From the human T2T-CHM13v2.0 reference genome, Homo sapiens: a stretch of 64,000 nucleotides of DNA. Below the pieces are notes generated by a model, which saw only the letters and a program-made list of their open reading frames with translations, was not told where the DNA came from and made no database searches. The stretch lies in assembly GCF_009914755.1 (NCBI RefSeq), contig NC_060930.1. One strand, 5' to 3'. A program made the position numbers and the translations under genes. This document shows positions 55,036 to 64,000 of the stretch, piece after piece (the stretch's first letter is position 1; the number at the start of each line of letters is the position of its first letter).

Positions 55036-56404
55036 GTTCATTTGCAGATTTTTTTAGTGTTTGGTATAGTTTCACACCATAAATACCTCACATCCTTAAA
55101 AATCCACAGGAAAAAAACTAATATTCAAGAACTAGAACAATTTTTTAAAATATGAGGAAAATGAGACCATAATTTTTAAATTATAATAATTTTAAAAAGA
55201 CTTGTGATAACGGAGAGCCAACGGTAGTACGTGAAAGTGACCGTGTGGGGCATACTTGGTTGTATTCATGTTTGTGACTCACTAATTATCAATCACTTCT
55301 CTCCCACGTACACCTTGGCATGAATGAGTTAGAGAACCACGGCAGGAGCCCAGTGTCATTCATCAACCCAGGTCCTCTGCGCATCTACTGTGCCTGCTGC
55401 TGTGGGCTGTGCTGAGGCTGGGATCTGAGGGGCTGGGCACAGCAGGGACTCCTGCCCTGACGGGCACTGCAGTGTCTGGGGTAGCACAGACAAGCCAGGG
55501 TGCGTTCACTCCCAGGCAGGAAGGGCTTTAGAGGGGAGAGAAAGCCCTACGGGAGCCCCCAGAGGAGCCCTTAGTCTCGCAGATGACTGCTACATTCACA
55601 GGCTATGATGAGCAAGCGCCAGCCAGATACACAGGGACAGACAAGGGTGTTCCGTCAGGGAAGCTCAGGCTAAAGGCCAGTGAGAGCATGGTCCTGAGGA
55701 GGTTCATTTGGCTGCTGTGTGAGGGTGTGTTGGAGTGGGGACAGGGCAGAAGAGGGGTGCTAGGTCACATGGTAGAGAGCCCCATGGAGTTTACCCCAGA
55801 AGAGGAGGAAGAGCCCGGGAGGCTTTGGCAGGAGGATGCCATGAGCATCACCTGGGTGTGTCTGCAGAAGGACGTTCAACTCTGAGCCTGCCCACCTACT
55901 GCGCTCACCCCAGGACAAGCCACCATCCCCACCCTGGGGAGAAGGCTGCATCCACCCCAGGAGGGTGACCTGGGTGTGTCCGGTAAAGGGTGTCTTAAGT
56001 CTGACCCTGCTCGTCTTCTGCGTCCACTCCAGGACAAGCCACCAACCCTACTCTAGACCAGGGTGGTCACCTGCTAGCTTGGCCGCCCATGGCCATTCCA
56101 CATAAATCCAAATCCAATCATCCACTTCTCTGCTTATAACTCTTCCAGGCTTCTTACTTTCTTGCCAGTAAAGTATAATAAAACCCAAACTCCTCGTTCT
56201 GCCTACACTGACTCTGCTACAAAGACCCTGGGTCTCACCACCTACCGCCCATCCCGCCCTGCCCCACCCTGCTCCTGGGCTCCACCAGCCTGGCCTTCCC
56301 TTCATTCTTGGAACCGCCAAGGCCGTCCCACCTCCAGCCTTGGGTTCTGGCTCCTTCCTCTGCCTGGGCCCCTGTTCCAGCTCGCTCTCAAGCTTTGGCT
56401 TCCA

Positions 56405-56566
56405 GCTTGAATCAGTACCTCCCTGCAGAGGCCTTTCTGGATAGCCTATCTCGGACAGGCTTGAATCAGCGCCTCCCTGCAGAGGCCTTTCTGGATAGCC
56501 TATCTCAGACAGGCTTGAATCAGCACCTCCCTGCAGAGGCCTTTCTGGATAGCCTATCTCAGACAG
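56405..56566. repeat. 54-bp tandem triplication inside an L2-like remnant
   Basis: gcttgaatcagYRcctccctgcagaggcctttctggatagcctatctcRgacag at 56405, 56459 and 56513. Confidence 0.95.
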
Positions 56567-58817
56567 GGCCTCTCTCCACTACTCTCTAGAACACCTCATG
56601 CTCATTTTCTTTACAAAACTTCTGATAATATGTGATTCTTCTTCCTTTTCTCCTCCTCCACATATTTCTCCTCCTCCTCCTCCTTCTCCTCTTCCTCTTC
56701 CTCCTTCTCCTTCATCCTTTTCACCTTTTAAATGCTTGTCTCCAGTAATCACAATATAAGGCCCTAAAGGACAGGAACTTTAACATCCCAGAGGCTGCTG
56801 TGACACAGAGCCCAGCTCACAGTAGGCACTCCGTGGATATCTGCTGCCCTTGTTGAATAAAGACATTGGGGAACGAGGCCAGGAGAAGCAGGGTGTGGCC
56901 GAAGGGAAGTGGATGAACTCCAGGGTTAAATTTAGAACAAACAGGATTTCAGGATTGATCATTTGAAAGGAAAGTTTCTACCAACTCCCTGAGATACACT
57001 AAGTTTGAAAATTTCAAGGACAAATAGCTATAGGCCAATTTTTAAAAAAAAGTGCTGAGAGGCTGTTCCAAAACCCTGACACTGCTCCGGTCTCTGAGAA
57101 CACAGGATGGCCTGGAGAGTAAAGGAGGGGAGCATGCAGGGGAGGAAATTCGGCAGCATCTGTGCTGAGCACCCTTCCTCTCCACCACCTAAAGGGCTGG
57201 GGAGGTGCCGCCTCTGTTGTTGTAGCCCAGGCAGGATGACTTTGTGGGGCCCCTTGGGGAGTGCTGATATGCTAGGACCAGGTGGCTTAGGTCTGGCTTC
57301 CACTGGGACCATCTGGAGGGGAACGCGAGGAGGACAGAGAGGCTGTGTGGTGGCTGACCCTGTCCGCGCAAGGCTTGTTGGCCAAGGACACACGAGTGCT
57401 TCCTACAGGCCGGGCCTGGGCCAAGGAGGGGCCATGCGAAGTCCTCAGAGACCCTGCCTGGAGTGAAGCCAACAGGGACCTCCAGGAGAGAAGGGTCAGG
57501 CTGGGGAAGAGAGGAGATCAGTCGAAGCCCATTCTCTCCCCTCCTCTTCCTCATTCCTGGCTCTGGCCCTGAGAGGAACAATGAGCCGAGAGGAACAATG
57601 AGCAGGTGCCAGGTCGGGGGAGAGGGTGGTAGGGGACACACAAGGTGGAGAGTAGGAGAGCCAGCAAGCTCAGACTGCAGGCTGCCTGCGCAGGTCTCTG
57701 AAAGGGACCCATCCTGAAGACCGGAAATACTAACCAAGCGCTCAGAACTTAAAGTCAGTGTGGGCTGTCTGTTGTCCAAGAGTGGGAAGAAAAGCTGTGG
57801 AAAGTGACAGGGTCCTCACTGGAGAAGGGGGCGTTTGTCCCACTGGTGGACATTGAAATGTGTGTTTTGACCCAATCTCAAGCCAGGTTTGTTCAAGTCA
57901 ATGAGGTGAGGAAGCAGAGGCAGGAACCAAGAAGCGGGTTCAGATTTGCAGCATAAGACCCCGTGTCTCAGCCGTGGGGGCCGCAGGGGACAGAGCCCAC
58001 TCCCCAAAGTGGGGGTCCAGCAGGGCGCTGCACTTGGCCTGAGGGCGGGGCTGAGGGAGGACCCCATAACCCCCTGGATGAGGAATCGTGGTTGAACACT
58101 GGCGCTAAGCAGGGGGCCGGGAGCGTGGGAAATCCTCTGGGAGTTTGTGGCCACAGCCAGCCTTCGCCCAGGGGCACGGCCTCGGTTCACCGCCTGTGTG
58201 AAAACAGCAGCACCAACTCCGGCTGACAATTTAAAGTGGTCTTGAGTTGTTGTTGCCCTAGGTGCCTATCAGAAGCAATCACAAATGCTTTCTAGAGGAA
58301 TCTGCATTAGAGCCAGGCTTCAAAGAAATCCCTCAGACACAGCTCCAAGGAGCGCAAGCTCGCAATCACTGTGCGCAAAATCCACAAGACCGCTGAAGTC
58401 AGGAGCACAGCCCGAAAGCCAGCCAGCCGCAGACTCGGCTGTGAGCAGGCTCCAGCCACTGGACCCTCCAGGAGAGAGCAGTGAATGTCAGATTTGATAA
58501 GCTTAAGGAGATAAAAGCAAGATATGAAAATGCCATTAAAGACAAGAGACTCAAAGTGACCAAGCAGATAAAAAAATGAACAACGTCGCTCTTGAAATGG
58601 AAAGACATGAATTACATATAGCTGAGCACGTGTACCATTTATTAAAGAGCAAATTAGATGTAGCTGGAGACAGGCGAAAGACGGATCTAAAAACCACCGC
58701 GGTAAGCAGGAGCCTGTGATGGACTGTACACTGGGAAGTAAAATATCTTGAATTAAATTTCTACCCGCTGTTCAGATCCTATGACCTGACTTTGGCTGAA
58801 ATTCTGAGTCTCTAGAA

Positions 58818-59001
58818 CAGTGGTTCTGGGGCGGTAGAGGATGGGTCCCAGGGGACGTCTGGCAGTGTTAGAGACATTTTTGATTGTCACAGCTGGGTGG
58901 GGCTACCGGCATCTCGTGGGTTGAGGCCGGGCACTGCTGAACCCTCTACAGTGTACAGGACAGGCTCATTACCAAGACGTGTCCATCAAAAATGTCAGTA
59001 G
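58818..59001 (+). mobile_element. MER20 DNA transposon
   Basis: cagtggttct...ccaggggacgtctggcagtgttagagacatttttgattgtcacagctgg...aaaaatgtcagtag. Confidence 0.75.
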
Positions 59002-61399
59002 TTTCTGTTCCTTCTGCTCAGTTTGTTTGAGAACCTAAAATGGCTCTTAAAAAATAAAGTCTATTTTTAAAAATGTTGATGGTGAGGTTGAAAAAGCTCA
59101 CTTTAGGATGAAGAGGGAGGAAGAAGAGGGAAAAAACCCTGTTCTCACCAGGTCGTCACCTATGCAAACAGCAATTTCATGCAGTTAAACCAATATGTGG
59201 AAGGGCTTTATAAATCATAAGGTGCTCAATGGAGTTATTCGTAGAAATCCTAGAGTTTCACACAGAAAATTAATGAAATGGCTGGGAAGACAGTCGACTC
59301 CCAAATACGAGAATTTGTATCTGAAAACTCCCCTATTCAACTGTATTGTCTTATGCAAGGCATAACCATGTGCCCCGCTGCCCAAACCAGAAGGTAAGAC
59401 TTACCGTGACCTCCTGACACGTCCTTATTCCCTACGTCTCTAGTTACTGAGATTTGTCAACTGTGCCTTCTACATGTTTTCCCCGTCTCGCCTTCTTTCC
59501 AACCCTGCCCTCCATAACACAGCGTGGGTCCTCCTTAGCTCTTGCCAGAAAATAGTAATTACTGGCTAAAGGCTTTCCCTACAACCCACCTGTGGTCCTG
59601 CCACCAGCCTGATCCTTCTAGAAGCGAATCTGGTTCAGTTACCCCAGGGCATGCATAGCTCCAGAGCTTGGAAGCTTGGAAGCCCCAGACTCTGTTCTTC
59701 CTAGCCAGGCCTTCTTCCATGTTGCGTTTGCCTCTCCTCCTTCCTCCAGGGTGCAGTCTCTGCTCCTGCCCCGCTGACTTACTCCTAAGAAGATGAACTG
59801 TGGTGTCTCCGTGACATCATTCACGCAGTGGCCACGGCTGTCCTTCCTGCCCGCTCTGCCTCTGCCCACTGGCCACATCTCCTTCCAGCATCTTCCAGAC
59901 CCAGCATTGCTCCAGGAAGCCACACCGAGATCACTCCACCCCACAGGCCCTGTTGGGGTCTCTCCTGGGTTCCTCTAGTTTGCTCACTGTGCTGTATTAA
60001 AACTTTGGGTTCCCCTCTCTCTCCCACCAATGTTAAACTACTTCAGAGAAGCAAGTGTCCGTAGCGTTCCATGCGTGTGTGTAAACAGACGTTACTAGGA
60101 TTATTTTCAGTGGGTTGCTGATTAGGAAGAGCTTTGGTCTACATTATTATTTCTGTGACACATTTATCTACGAAAGAGACACAGCGAACCCCCTTATGCA
60201 GTGAAGATGGTGAGGCTCTAGGAGGTTAACACAGAAATAAGGGACTTTTCCAAGCCTATACATAAATTATAGAGGAATTCAAAAGGAAGGGAGTCAGCAG
60301 GAAAGAGGAAACAGGTTACAACTATAGCAGGAAGGATTTCTGTAGCTTAAAAAGGAAAAAAAAAAACCCATCATAGAAAAATTTCTCAAGATCTGGCATG
60401 GGTACAAAAGAGAACATAAAATCTTTGCTAGATTTGTTTTAGCAAATTTTCATTGTTTAAAAATATTTCATAAACACCTATAGTATTTCAGGCACTAAAT
60501 ACCTCTACTAGAGATGAGAACTTGATGAACACGTAAAAGCCAGACAGGGGGAGCTGAGAATAGCCCGTGTGGCAGCCCCGGGAGAGGCGCGCCCTGTGGT
60601 GCGGTCTCCTCCTCCCCTCATCAGGGGAGCTCGGGAGGAAGCTGGGGCTGGGAGGCAGCACCGCCCTTCCCTGCTCCGCTGGGTTTTTCCCTGTTCTGGG
60701 CAACCTGCTGGGTCACGTATGTAGAGAGAGCCTTCCCGGAACACATGAGAATGCTAGATAAAACAAGGGGGAAATCTCTTCTAATGAAGTGTGGCTGGTC
60801 CGATAGTAAGCAGGGAAGAATAAACGCAGGCAAAAATGAGGATAAGGAGATATTGTGAGGGCGAGCACTGTTCTGAGCAGTGCCTGTCCTGCAGGCTTAT
60901 GTGAGTCTCTGCCATCTAGACCAGAGGTTCAGTGGGGGGCCAAGCAGGGTGTGGGGGGTCGGATCCGAGTCGGCATTCCCATAGAGCAGACTCAACGGCG
61001 TGACCTTGGAAGAACCTCACTGTGAAGAAGGAGGCTTGCATCTTCAGGTGGGAGTGTGGCAAAGAGCAAGGGGTAAAAACTGCCCTCTCAGATTTCTTTA
61101 GCTCACACTTCAGCCAGTTGGAGGCCAAAATCCTCACTGCTAGTATGGCCTGAAAAACTCCAATCCAAACTTATAGTTTTTAGAGGTTCCAGATTGGTAG
61201 CACCCAGAGGACCAGGCAGAGGCAAATGTAAGTACAATCAGGAGGAACATGCTTTAAACACGTGTCACAGTTTAAACGGGAAATTTCTAAGGGGCATGAG
61301 CTCGCAAACATAAATCACTAAATAATCACAGATACAAACTGTGGGCAAGAGTCAGCAGAGACAACAAATTCCAAAATCAGACCTGTACAGATAGCAAAG

Positions 61400-63740
<2,341 letters not shown>

Positions 63741-64000
63741 TTTTTGTCTCAATATATGTCTTGGGCCATTGTATATCTTGCTACTCTCATCTGGACGATG
63801 TGGTACCTGCCTTCAATTTTGTTTACCAAGATTAATACTGAATCCTCCTAAAGTTCTGACCTCCGCTGTCAGTCCTTCAAGGATGCTCTCTGTGACCCCC
63901 AGACTTAGTCAGGTGCCCTGGCAGATGCTCTTAAGATACTAGGAATTTCTTAGATGGGAATACTTACTTAGGTGTATGTGTGTGAGCATTTAATTAATGC

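Overview
Human (primate) genomic DNA that I recognise as the RPS6KA2 (RSK3) locus on 6q27, transcribed on the minus strand. A CpG-island promoter (~46.6-48.4 kb) contains the first coding exon of the short RSK3 isoform (CDS 47159-47061, MDLSMKKFAVRRFFSVYLRRKSRSKSSSLSRLE, then a GTAATG donor). Everything to the left of that exon is intron 1. Nested in the intron, in the same orientation, is an intact L1-mediated retrocopy of RAMAC/FAM103A1 (RAMACL, 118 aa). It has a 5'UTR, AATAAA, a 22-nt poly(A), a 14-bp target-site duplication and a TTTT/AA endonuclease site. The rest is typical intronic sequence: 12 Alus, old L1 and L2 fragments, MaLR and ERVL solo LTRs, MER20 and MER30, four minisatellites and several local duplications. 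There is no prokaryote-type system, CRISPR array or RNA gene. The best leads are: the intact RAMACL retrogene, which appears to lack one lysine; a 59/60-bp VNTR whose units read as branchpoint-pyrimidine tract-CAG acceptors in the host pre-mRNA; three upstream AUGs in the RSK3 leader; a promoter built from repeated CCAAT+GC modules; and a 179-bp near-identical templated duplication. Gene identities and repeat families come from recall of known sequences, not database searches, and repeat boundaries are approximate unless a TSD is given.
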